DNA of 25,268 nt. Source: a virus (lineage: Duplodnaviria > Caudoviricetes). Shown in pieces: positions 1-7,789 of the stretch. Location of the stretch: positions 1 to 25,268 of the IMG/VR virus record IMGVR_UViG_3300020044_000012, one strand, 5' to 3'. Below the pieces are notes generated by a model. The model was given only the letters and a program-made list of their open reading frames with translations, was not told the origin of the DNA and ran no database searches. How positions within the stretch are numbered: position 1 is the first letter of the stretch; each line of letters starts with the position of its first letter. A program made the position numbers and the translations under genes.

Positions 1-1
1 A

Positions 2-1003
2 GGCTTCTTCGTTAAGTTGTCTTGCTTCCTCATGTTTGCCAAGATTCCATGCCGCAATTGATGCGTACATATAAGGCTTTTCACCCCATGCGCTTGGGTC
101 CATTGTGTACACAAGTTCTTTATTTTTAATACTCAATGCTTTCATTGCAGTGTAATAACTTAGATTCCAATCACGTTGCATATACGCAAACACTGACAAG
201 TCAATCCACGGCTCACGGCTTGTCGGACACTCAATCGTTGCAAGTTGATACCATTTGTTTGCTTCGTATATCTGTCCTAAATGCTCGTGTGATTTACCTA
301 GCAGACGCATTGCGTAACCGCGTTCTGTTATCCACGTAGCACCAGGCAATGCCAAGTACCGATTAAGTGCTGTAATAGCCTCTTGCCATCGAGCGTAGAA
401 CGTCAATTCGCGTGCGTGATAAAACGCATTGCGTGGGCAAATTGGGTCCTCTTTGACTGCAAGTTCTAGCAGTGGCATATATTGACCGCGTGACTTTGTA
501 TTGTCAGGCAAATGCTTAACAAGCAACATATCTGTCTGTGCGTAAATCTCTGCAATACGCCCATCAGGTCTTGGATACTCATGGACAGGGTGATGCCAGT
601 GGTATCCGTGTCTGTGGTGAATTTTCTCGTACATGAATGAGATACCACATCCCCAATCGAATTGATAGCGTAGGCGCGTTGTATTTGCTTGCCAAACGCG
701 TTCTATCTCTGCACGCCAACCATCCATCATGACTTCATCAAGGTCTAGCGAAATGCAAACATCAATATCACGCGGCAATAAGGCTAATGCGGTATCACGC
801 GCTTTATCAAACCGCCAAGGGCTAATGCAAATGTCGTAAACTACCGCGCCGTTTTCTATTGCAAGTTCTACCGTTTTATCAGTAGAACCCGTATCGGCAA
901 TTAAAATAATGTCGGCATCTTTAGCCGAATCGCAAAAACGATTTACAAATTGTTCTTCGTTCTTGCTGATTGCGTAAACTGCTATCTTGAGTTTTCTTGT
1001 CAT
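2..1003 (-). CDS. Family-2 glycosyltransferase with C-terminal TPR-like helices (partial, open at left edge)
   Basis: Not in the ORF track. Manual translation from ATG at 1003 gives MTRKLKIAVYAISKNEEQFVNRFCDSAKDADIILIADTGSTDKTVE...SPWRFDKARDTAL...CISLDLDEVMMDGWRAEIERVW...YHWHHPVHEY...RNAFYHAREL...ERGYAMRLLGKSHEHLG...REPWIDLS, with no stop before the window edge (334 codons). GT-A motifs (KNEE, DTGSTD, DxD, HE) are followed by TPR-type helices. Confidence 0.9.
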   Translation of the reverse strand, partial: MTRKLKIAVYAISKNEEQFVNRFCDSAKDADIILIADTGSTDKTVELAIENGAVVYDICISPWRFDKARDTALALLPRDIDVCISLDLDEVMMDGWRAEIERVWQANTTRLRYQFDWGCGISFMYEKIHHRHGYHWHHPVHEYPRPDGRIAEIYAQTDMLLVKHLPDNTKSRGQYMPLLELAVKEDPICPRNAFYHARELTFYARWQEAITALNRYLALPGATWITERGYAMRLLGKSHEHLGQIYEANKWYQLATIECPTSREPWIDLSVFAYMQRDWNLSYYTAMKALSIKNKELVYTMDPSAWGEKPYMYASIAAWNLGKHEEARQLNEEA

Positions 1004-1017
1004 ATCTTGTATTTAGG

Positions 1018-1512
1018 TTATGTTGCTAATGCTTGCACCAATTCATCAATGGTTGTTGCCGCAGTTATAGCCGCTTCTTTTGCCGTGCAATCAGCAATAA
1101 TTTTTGCCCGTTCTGCAACAACATCAGCGGGAATATCTACATTGCGTTCGGCTTTGCGAATGACCATCCAATCAGTGCTTGCCAGTTGACTGTTAGCAGA
1201 TGCCTTGTTCTGAGCAATCCATTGTGACTTCAAGCCCTTAGTCGTTACTGGCTCAGTCTGACCTTCTGGTGTCTCAGTCACATCTTCCAAAGCCTTTGGC
1301 GTGTTTGTGTAGGTGCGAGTGACCACAGAGCCGTTGACTTGGTAACTGTCAAAAGTCACCCAATAAAAGCGTTGGTCTTTTTGCTCACCTTCAACAACTT
1401 CTAATGCGCCTTGTTCTGCCGCAAATGAAGCATTAGGGTTTGATGTGTCGGGAAATAAAATTGTCAATTCACCAACTTTGGCTACGGCGTTGTTTTCAAT
1501 AATTGCGTACAT
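1018..1512 (-). CDS. Tail-fibre assembly chaperone-like protein
   Basis: 164 aa with C-terminal LASTDWMVIRKAE...IPADVVAERAKI, resembling phage tail assembly chaperone motifs; lies directly after a fibre/lectin gene. Confidence 0.65.
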   Translation of the reverse strand: MYAIIENNAVAKVGELTILFPDTSNPNASFAAEQGALEVVEGEQKDQRFYWVTFDSYQVNGSVVTRTYTNTPKALEDVTETPEGQTEPVTTKGLKSQWIAQNKASANSQLASTDWMVIRKAERNVDIPADVVAERAKIIADCTAKEAAITAATTIDELVQALAT

Positions 1513-1522
1513 GATTTTTTCC

Positions 1523-3910
1523 TTATCGTGCTAGTGCGTATTTCAAAGGGGTTTCTGCAAAGGCGGCAAAAATATAGGTTGCGCCACTTTGATTGATGCC
1601 GCTAGTAGTTGTAGTTGACCTAATTTTTATGCCGTTTGAAAGAATGTCAATTTGACTATCAGCGGTTGTAAATTCTGCAAGAGAATCATTTGCCGCTAAA
1701 ATTTGTGTTGACAAGTTGTAAGGGCTTCTTGATGTATCAAAAATTGACCAGTTTGTAGTAACGCTTGAGCCTTTAAACATAATGTATTTTGGCCTAAAAC
1801 CTGTGTAAATAAATACCCCATCAGTTGTAGAACCATTGCCTGTGTAAGAGCCAAACTTGCTATACCCTGCTACTTCAGCAAAGCAGTAGGCGACCTCTGT
1901 GTATCCTGTAACAAACGGGCCATTGGAATAAAACACAGTGCTTGTTGGAGTGGTGTTTTGCCAAGTAGATGTGTTTGTAACAGCACTACCAGTGCTTTCC
2001 AAAAGTATGTATTTGTCTGCGCCAAGAGATGCGTGATAGCAAACCCAGTTGCTAGTGTTGTTTCTTGACTTCAAAATAATCATGCTTGGTGCAACACCAA
2101 GTCCATGCCCAATACTTCCGCTATTAGCCGAAGCAGTAAACGTCACCACACTAAACCCACTCGTAGTGTTTGCGCTTACTGTTGAAGTGATAGAGCCTGA
2201 TGTGTTGGTTGAGCCAGAGCCGTTTGCCCTCCAAACCCAAGAAACATAAGTTTGACCATTTGAATTTAAATTGCCATCAGAACCGCCAATATTAAAACCA
2301 TCAGAATTAAATGCGGTTACATAATAGCCAGGGTCATAGGCTTCAGCAGAAGTATTATTTGTTTGAATATTTCTAGAAGCCCCACGGACAACATCAAAAA
2401 TAATGTTGTTGTTTGCTTGACTTCTAGATTTTGACCAAATCATGTCGCTTTGCATACCAGTTGTAATTGTTCTTGATGAACCAGTACCAGTAAACAATGT
2501 TGGCGTAAAATACAAGTTTGCTTGCGTAGCCGTAGTCGCCCCAATCGTAGGCGTTGGCAAGTTCTGTGTGCAAAGTGCTTTGAAGCCACTTGGGGCTGTG
2601 TAGGCAAATGGGCGTTGACCGAAGTTGAATGTTTCAGTAAGTGGTGAGCCCGGATTCTGTGCAATAGGAAACCATGTGCCAGTTAACCCTGAAAAAGCAG
2701 TTCCTTGACTTGTGCCGTTTTTGTAAAACGTCAACGTGCCCGCATCCATGTCTAGCGCAACGCCAATTACATCGTTGTTTGTGTATGTTGCACCATAAGC
2801 CGAACCCGCACTATTGGTGTATTTTTGGCCGTTGTTGCCAAAATAACTATATCCGTTAGTAGTCTGCCAATCATAACGACCACCATCTTTACCAATACCA
2901 ATCATGTGGTCACCAGTTAAAGGTGTAACCTCCCAATACCATTTTCCAGAAGAAACACCAATAGTCGAGTAAGCCAAACTGGTTGTTGCCGCAATAGTGC
3001 CAGTAATGTCTAGATTGCCATTGGACAAGGTTGCAGTAGACCCTGCATTTAGCGGATTCAAAGTGCAATAATTTCCACGCACAGTCCCACCCACACCCGT
3101 ATCAGTTCCATATGATGTTGGTGAATCAACAAGAGAGTCATTACCCGCACCCGCAGTCACGCTGAAGTTATTAGGTGTCCAGTTGTTGCCGTTACCTGAG
3201 TAGTCTTTACCCAATGTAGCGGCTGTGGTGTTGCTGTTGTCTGAGAAATTCAGATAGAAGCCGTTAGTGCCGTATGAGCCTGAGTAGGCTTTAGGTTGCC
3301 ATACGCCTGTTTGTGCGTTTGTTTCACCGAATGATGATGGGGTTAACTGAGTGCCATCGACAAAATAAAATTCTGTCATGTAGCCGTTGTAGTAACCCGT
3401 TACTGGGCTAGATTGTGTAGCACCAATTCCATGTGGCTGAGAGCCTTGATTAAAAAGTAAATCTGTATTTTGAGTTGGATATGTTGCAGTTGAAAATGCG
3501 GTAATTTCAACCCCATTCCAATAAACTCTTACCCTGTTTGCCGCTGTTGCTTGTGTTGTGTCAAAGGCTATAACCAAATGACCCCATGCGCTAAAGTCAC
3601 GAAAAACTTGGGTTGTAATTAACTGAAATTGAAAAGTTCCATCAAAAGAAAAAAGTCGCAGAGTGTCTGTGACACTATCTGTTCTAAAGAAAATCCTAAA
3701 TTGGTTTCCTGAAGGCCATGACGAAATAATAGTGTCGCTATCAGAACCAGTTTTTGAACGCTTTATCCATGCACTAAAAGTGTATGTTTTGCGATTTCCA
3801 GAACTTGCGGGAGTGCGGCTTAAATAAGCAGTATCAGGCTCATTAAAGCGCAAACTGCGTGAGATTTGATAGCCGCCAGAAGAAACTTGGGTTGTATTTG
3901 CTGAAAACAT
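1523..3910 (-). CDS. Virion fibre / receptor-binding protein with LamG (ConA-like) and SPRY domains
   Basis: Likely start is ATG at 3910 (MFSANTTQ..., AAGGG upstream) rather than 3955, giving ~795 aa. LamG motifs: TFSAWIKR, WGHLVIAFDTT, RVYWNG, GYMTEFYFVDG. SPRY motifs: SSGKWYWEV, DVIGVALDMDAGTLTFYKNG. C-terminal FTGTG / GSYTGNG beta-repeats. Confidence 0.8.
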   Translation of the reverse strand: MFSANTTQVSSGGYQISRSLRFNEPDTAYLSRTPASSGNRKTYTFSAWIKRSKTGSDSDTIISSWPSGNQFRIFFRTDSVTDTLRLFSFDGTFQFQLITTQVFRDFSAWGHLVIAFDTTQATAANRVRVYWNGVEITAFSTATYPTQNTDLLFNQGSQPHGIGATQSSPVTGYYNGYMTEFYFVDGTQLTPSSFGETNAQTGVWQPKAYSGSYGTNGFYLNFSDNSNTTAATLGKDYSGNGNNWTPNNFSVTAGAGNDSLVDSPTSYGTDTGVGGTVRGNYCTLNPLNAGSTATLSNGNLDITGTIAATTSLAYSTIGVSSGKWYWEVTPLTGDHMIGIGKDGGRYDWQTTNGYSYFGNNGQKYTNSAGSAYGATYTNNDVIGVALDMDAGTLTFYKNGTSQGTAFSGLTGTWFPIAQNPGSPLTETFNFGQRPFAYTAPSGFKALCTQNLPTPTIGATTATQANLYFTPTLFTGTGSSRTITTGMQSDMIWSKSRSQANNNIIFDVVRGASRNIQTNNTSAEAYDPGYYVTAFNSDGFNIGGSDGNLNSNGQTYVSWVWRANGSGSTNTSGSITSTVSANTTSGFSVVTFTASANSGSIGHGLGVAPSMIILKSRNNTSNWVCYHASLGADKYILLESTGSAVTNTSTWQNTTPTSTVFYSNGPFVTGYTEVAYCFAEVAGYSKFGSYTGNGSTTDGVFIYTGFRPKYIMFKGSSVTTNWSIFDTSRSPYNLSTQILAANDSLAEFTTADSQIDILSNGIKIRSTTTTSGINQSGATYIFAAFAETPLKYALAR

Positions 3911-3918
3911 ATCAACCC

Positions 3919-4365
3919 TTATAAGTAGTTCTGACCGGCAACGCTGCCCCACCAATATGTGCCATCAGCCGTGAACACAAATTTGTCACCTTTAGATGCT
4001 GTTGAAGTAATTGTAGGTGCTGTGCTTGCGGGCCATTTAACACTTGCGGGCCATGTTACGGTGCGTGAACCCGTAGCGTCTTGTTTTTGCAACAACATAA
4101 AAGATTGACCCGCTGTTGCTGTTGGGAATGTGTATGTGCAATTACCTGTCAAAGTCAAAATTTGAACCGAACCATTTGCCAAACTGATTGTGTATGCGGT
4201 TGAAGTATTTGCAGTTGCAACTTCTTCTGTGTATCCATCATTAAATGTCATTGCCGTAGCCGTTGAACCGCTTGGAATGTCAACGGTATCGCCCGAGGCA
4301 AGTTCACCCAATGAGGTGACATCCGTACTTGTATAAATTGATTTGATTAGTTTTACGAGTGCCAT
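3919..4365 (-). CDS. Small virion structural protein (tail-fibre-associated beta domain, possible adaptor)
   Basis: 148 aa, Thr/Ser-rich; motif QDATGSRTVTWPASVKWP..TAP is recurrent in phage fibre-associated proteins; GAGG upstream. Confidence 0.6.
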   Translation of the reverse strand: MALVKLIKSIYTSTDVTSLGELASGDTVDIPSGSTATAMTFNDGYTEEVATANTSTAYTISLANGSVQILTLTGNCTYTFPTATAGQSFMLLQKQDATGSRTVTWPASVKWPASTAPTITSTASKGDKFVFTADGTYWWGSVAGQNYL

Positions 4366-4373
4366 GATTTACC

Positions 4374-6854
4374 TCAGGAAATAAGAGCAATGTTTTTTGC
4401 TGTTCCAACATTGTTATAGAACGGCAAATAAGAATTACCAATAAGCGCAATCGTGTCCGATGTGCCATCAGATTTATAAAACGGAAATGTTAAAACAATT
4501 CCCAACCCACCCGTTGCACCAGTAGGACCAGTTGGGCCTGTAGGTCCAGTATTTCCTTGAACGCCTTGAATACCCTGTACGCCTTGTGGTCCAGTAGGAC
4601 CTTGAATACCTTGCGTACCTTGTGCGCCTGTAGGACCAGTCGGGCCAACTGCGCCTGTAGTTCCAGTGGGTCCTGTAGGGCCAACTGCGCCAGTGCTTCC
4701 GTTTGCGCCTGTCGGTCCAGTGGGTCCAACGTTTCCTTGTATACCTTGAATTCCCTGTATGCCTTGCGGTCCAGTAGGTCCAAAATCTCCAGTGGGTCCA
4801 ACCGCACCAGTTGGTCCGATTGCGCCAGTGTTTCCAGTTGGGCCAAGATTTCCTGTTGGTCCAGTGGGTCCGACTGCGCCAGTTGTGCCGTTTGCGCCCG
4901 TGGGTCCCGTTGCCCCGATGTCGCCTTGCACGCCTTGTATGCCTTGAATTCCCTGTGGTCCAGTTGGGCCAACATTTCCTTGCGTGCCAGTTGGTCCAGT
5001 TGCGCCAACGTTGCCTTGCGCCCCTGTTGGACCAACTGCGCCTTGTGCGCCTGTTGGTCCGACATCACCTTGCACGCCTGTGGGTCCCGTAGCACCAGTG
5101 GGTCCCGCAACAGTCGATGCTGAACCAGTGGGTCCAGTGGGTCCCTCGATGCCGTTTGCCCCTGTGGGTCCTGTCGCGCCAATGTCGCCTTGAACGCCTT
5201 GAATACCTTGTGTGCCTTGCGGTCCAGTGGGTCCGACATAGCCTTGTGGTCCCGTGGGTCCCGCGCTACCAGTTGGGCCGTTCTGCGTGTACGTGACTTG
5301 TGCCGCAGTCAGAATGATTGATGGTGTTCTTGGATATGTACCGCTTGCCGCGATTGTTTCCAATTGCACAGTTGTATTAACTGATTGCCAGTAAACCTGA
5401 ATGTAGTCGCCTGCCGTTAAATCTAAAACGTAATTGATAGTCAGAATTTCAGACGAGAACGCACTTCCTTGTTTGTCAGGTACGTCGTAATGTGAATTTG
5501 TATCTGCTAAATTTGTGCCGTTCTTACGCAACCAAACTTGTGTAGAACCATTGGCTGTACTTGTGTTTGTAAATTGCAATGAAAACGTAATGCTGTAAAC
5601 GCCTGTTTGTGCAAACGTTACACGACTGCCTGAAACAATAGTGACACCACTGTTTGCAGGGTCAGACGTATTGATTGTGATGACTTGTGGCGTATTGATT
5701 GTGACAACAGTTTGCGTTGTCGTGTCCCAAAACGAACCCCAATTTGCAATCGTGCCGCCTGCACCTGGATTTCCCTGTGCGCCAGTGGGTCCTGTCGCGC
5801 CTTGTGAGCCAGTGGGTCCCGTGTAGCCGATGTCGCCTTGTATTCCCTGTGGGCCAGTGGGTCCGACGTTGCCTTGTGTGCCTTGTTCGCCAGTGGGTCC
5901 AGTTGGTCCGCTGACAGTCGAATCTGCGCCTGTCGGTCCCGTTGGGCCAACTTCGCCTTGAATACCTTGCTCACCAGTTGGGCCTGTGGGTCCCGCTATT
6001 GTTGAGTCTGCGCCTGTCGGACCAGTGGGGCCAATGTCGCCCGTGGGTCCCGTAGCGCCAACTTCACCCTGTGCGCCAGTGGGTCCAGTTTCGCCAATAT
6101 CGCCTTGTACGCCCTGCGGTCCAGTTGGGCCGTGGTCGCCAGTTGCGCCTTGTGCGCCTGTGGGTCCAACATCGCCTTGATTTCCAGTAGGTCCAATGTC
6201 GCCTTGACTGCCTGTCGGTCCCGTAGGTCCGACTTCGCCTTGACTTCCAGTGGGTCCCGTCTCGCCAACATTTCCCTGTATGCCTTGTTCGCCTTGAACG
6301 CCTTGTGGGCCAGTGGGACCAAAATCGCCTTGACTACCAGTTGGGCCAACTTCGCCTGTGGGACCTGTTGGACCAACAACTGTCGAATCTGCGCCTGTGG
6401 GACCCGTGGGTCCCATTTCACCTTGCGGTCCAGTTGGGCCAACTTCACCTTGATTTCCTGTTGGGCCAATATCGCCAGTGGGACCAACTTCGCCTGTCGG
6501 TCCAGTTGGACCCGCTACTGTGCTATCAGCACCAGTTGGACCAGTTGCACCCGTTGGGCCAGTAATTGAGTCACCTTGTTGACCCGTTGGGCCTGTTGGA
6601 CCAGTAGGGCCTGCAACTGTGCTATCTGCACCAGTAGGGCCAGTCGGTCCAGTTGAACCAGTTGCGCCAGTGATTGACGCACCCGTGGGACCAGTGTTAC
6701 CAGTTGGTCCAGTTGGTCCGACAGGGCCGTTTGCGGGTCCCGTTGGGCCAGTTGGTCCGATTTGCCCTACGTCAAGACAAACATTAATTGCGGGAGTCGT
6801 TACGACTTCAACGCAGATTTCGCCATTGCCTGAAATTTGTGCTGATACTGTCAT
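4374..6854 (-). CDS. Collagen-like (Gly-Pro-Thr) fibre protein with central C1q/TNF/BclA-C-like globular domain
   Basis: Two long Gly-X-Y tracts (~5755-6765 and ~4505-5280) dominated by GPT/GAT/GIQ/GEV flank a ~155-aa beta domain (NWGSFWDTT...[12 protein letters not shown]...VWLRKNG...[13 protein letters not shown]). ATG at 6854 with GGAG 5 nt upstream is preferred over GTG at 6860. Confidence 0.88.
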   Translation of the reverse strand: MTVSAQISGNGEICVEVVTTPAINVCLDVGQIGPTGPTGPANGPVGPTGPTGNTGPTGASITGATGSTGPTGPTGADSTVAGPTGPTGPTGQQGDSITGPTGATGPTGADSTVAGPTGPTGEVGPTGDIGPTGNQGEVGPTGPQGEMGPTGPTGADSTVVGPTGPTGEVGPTGSQGDFGPTGPQGVQGEQGIQGNVGETGPTGSQGEVGPTGPTGSQGDIGPTGNQGDVGPTGAQGATGDHGPTGPQGVQGDIGETGPTGAQGEVGATGPTGDIGPTGPTGADSTIAGPTGPTGEQGIQGEVGPTGPTGADSTVSGPTGPTGEQGTQGNVGPTGPQGIQGDIGYTGPTGSQGATGPTGAQGNPGAGGTIANWGSFWDTTTQTVVTINTPQVITINTSDPANSGVTIVSGSRVTFAQTGVYSITFSLQFTNTSTANGSTQVWLRKNGTNLADTNSHYDVPDKQGSAFSSEILTINYVLDLTAGDYIQVYWQSVNTTVQLETIAASGTYPRTPSIILTAAQVTYTQNGPTGSAGPTGPQGYVGPTGPQGTQGIQGVQGDIGATGPTGANGIEGPTGPTGSASTVAGPTGATGPTGVQGDVGPTGAQGAVGPTGAQGNVGATGPTGTQGNVGPTGPQGIQGIQGVQGDIGATGPTGANGTTGAVGPTGPTGNLGPTGNTGAIGPTGAVGPTGDFGPTGPQGIQGIQGIQGNVGPTGPTGANGSTGAVGPTGPTGTTGAVGPTGPTGAQGTQGIQGPTGPQGVQGIQGVQGNTGPTGPTGPTGATGGLGIVLTFPFYKSDGTSDTIALIGNSYLPFYNNVGTAKNIALIS
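4505..6765. repeat. 9-bp-periodic low-complexity collagen-coding repeats (two blocks)
   Basis: Recurring ccagtgggt / ccagttggg / cctgtgggt units on the + strand; these explain the many shadow ORFs in other frames. Confidence 0.9.
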
Positions 6855-6856
6855 AG

Positions 6857-7345
6857 TCACTCCACGACGATGCCGTCAGAACGAACAATAAACAGCAAGA
6901 ACATAATCAAATCATTTTGTGGCGTTGAGCCTGCCGCGGGTTGCGTGACTTTAATGCGACCGCTAAACCCTACAGGGTCAACTGCGTTTATTTCAAGTTC
7001 AGGGTCACTGTTAATTAAGTCCCATGCAGTGCTATCAATCTCAAGCGTAAAGTAACCTTGCCCTGCGTCTATATTCGTCACAGTCAGCGGGATTGGGTCG
7101 GGTGCAGGGGTAACATCAGCGATGTCAAAAGTCAGCCCATAGCGGCTATCCCGCACGTTAGACAATGCTCTGCGAATAATTTGTGCGTCAATCGTTGCGC
7201 CCGTTAAGTCAACAGGCTCTTGCGTCGATGAATTGGTAAACGAAACGTTCCAATACGTGACTTGATTCCAGACAAGTTCGCCTGCAAAAATTTGATTGTT
7301 GAACCCGCTGACTTGCGTCAGGGTATTCTTATTGAAAATTGCCAT
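6857..7345 (-). CDS. Virion structural protein, BppU/Ig-like adaptor candidate
   Basis: 162 aa; [13 protein letters not shown] motif is typical of BppU-N-like fibre-anchoring proteins; stop abuts the collagen gene start. Confidence 0.55.
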   Translation of the reverse strand: MAIFNKNTLTQVSGFNNQIFAGELVWNQVTYWNVSFTNSSTQEPVDLTGATIDAQIIRRALSNVRDSRYGLTFDIADVTPAPDPIPLTVTNIDAGQGYFTLEIDSTAWDLINSDPELEINAVDPVGFSGRIKVTQPAAGSTPQNDLIMFLLFIVRSDGIVVE

Positions 7346-7426
7346 GACAATTCCCTGTACTCAGTTGGAAAACCGCATCCTCGCGGGTCATTGGTATCTT
7401 GTATTGTTGGGATTCTACCGAGTTAA

Positions 7427-7789
7427 TTACGTCGGTGCAACGGGCCAAGTCACATTTTGCGGAAATGTTGTCTGCTCTGTAATATCTCTTAACGCTTGTC
7501 GATAGGTTGCCCATTTTTGACTTGTTGCAACTGATACATCATTAACTTGAGTCCAATCGCACGCTGTCAATAATTTGTTTCGTTTAATGCGTATTTTCAT
7601 AGCGGCATCTTCAGCATCAAAAGTATTATTCTGTTTTATGACTGCTTCACCATTAACAACGTGATATGTAATATCTGAAAATTCACCATCCAAATAGGCT
7701 TCACCTACTGTCAATTGTTCAGTAGGGTTTTGCGTAATAACACAACGCGTAATTTCGCCTGTTGCAATTTTATAAATTGTGTATTTCAT
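7427..7789 (-). CDS. Phage tail assembly chaperone protein
   Basis: 120 aa; hallmark RIKRNKLLTACDWTQ..D...WATYRQALRDIT.Q..FP..VTWP; ATGA overlap with the upstream fibre gene. Confidence 0.85.
   Translation of the reverse strand: MKYTIYKIATGEITRCVITQNPTEQLTVGEAYLDGEFSDITYHVVNGEAVIKQNNTFDAEDAAMKIRIKRNKLLTACDWTQVNDVSVATSQKWATYRQALRDITEQTTFPQNVTWPVAPT

Noticed and set aside
136-648. Short ORFs 136..339 (+) and 466..648 (-)
   Set aside because: They overlap the real glycosyltransferase frame (2..1003, minus strand).
4505-6765. Repeat region as a CRISPR array or satellite
   Set aside because: No constant repeat with unique spacers; variation is at codon third positions, consistent with protein coding.
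4490-6891. Many alternative-frame and plus-strand ORFs over the collagen gene
   Set aside because: Shadow ORFs caused by stop-poor 9-bp periodic Gly-X-Y codons; translations are low-complexity mirrors.
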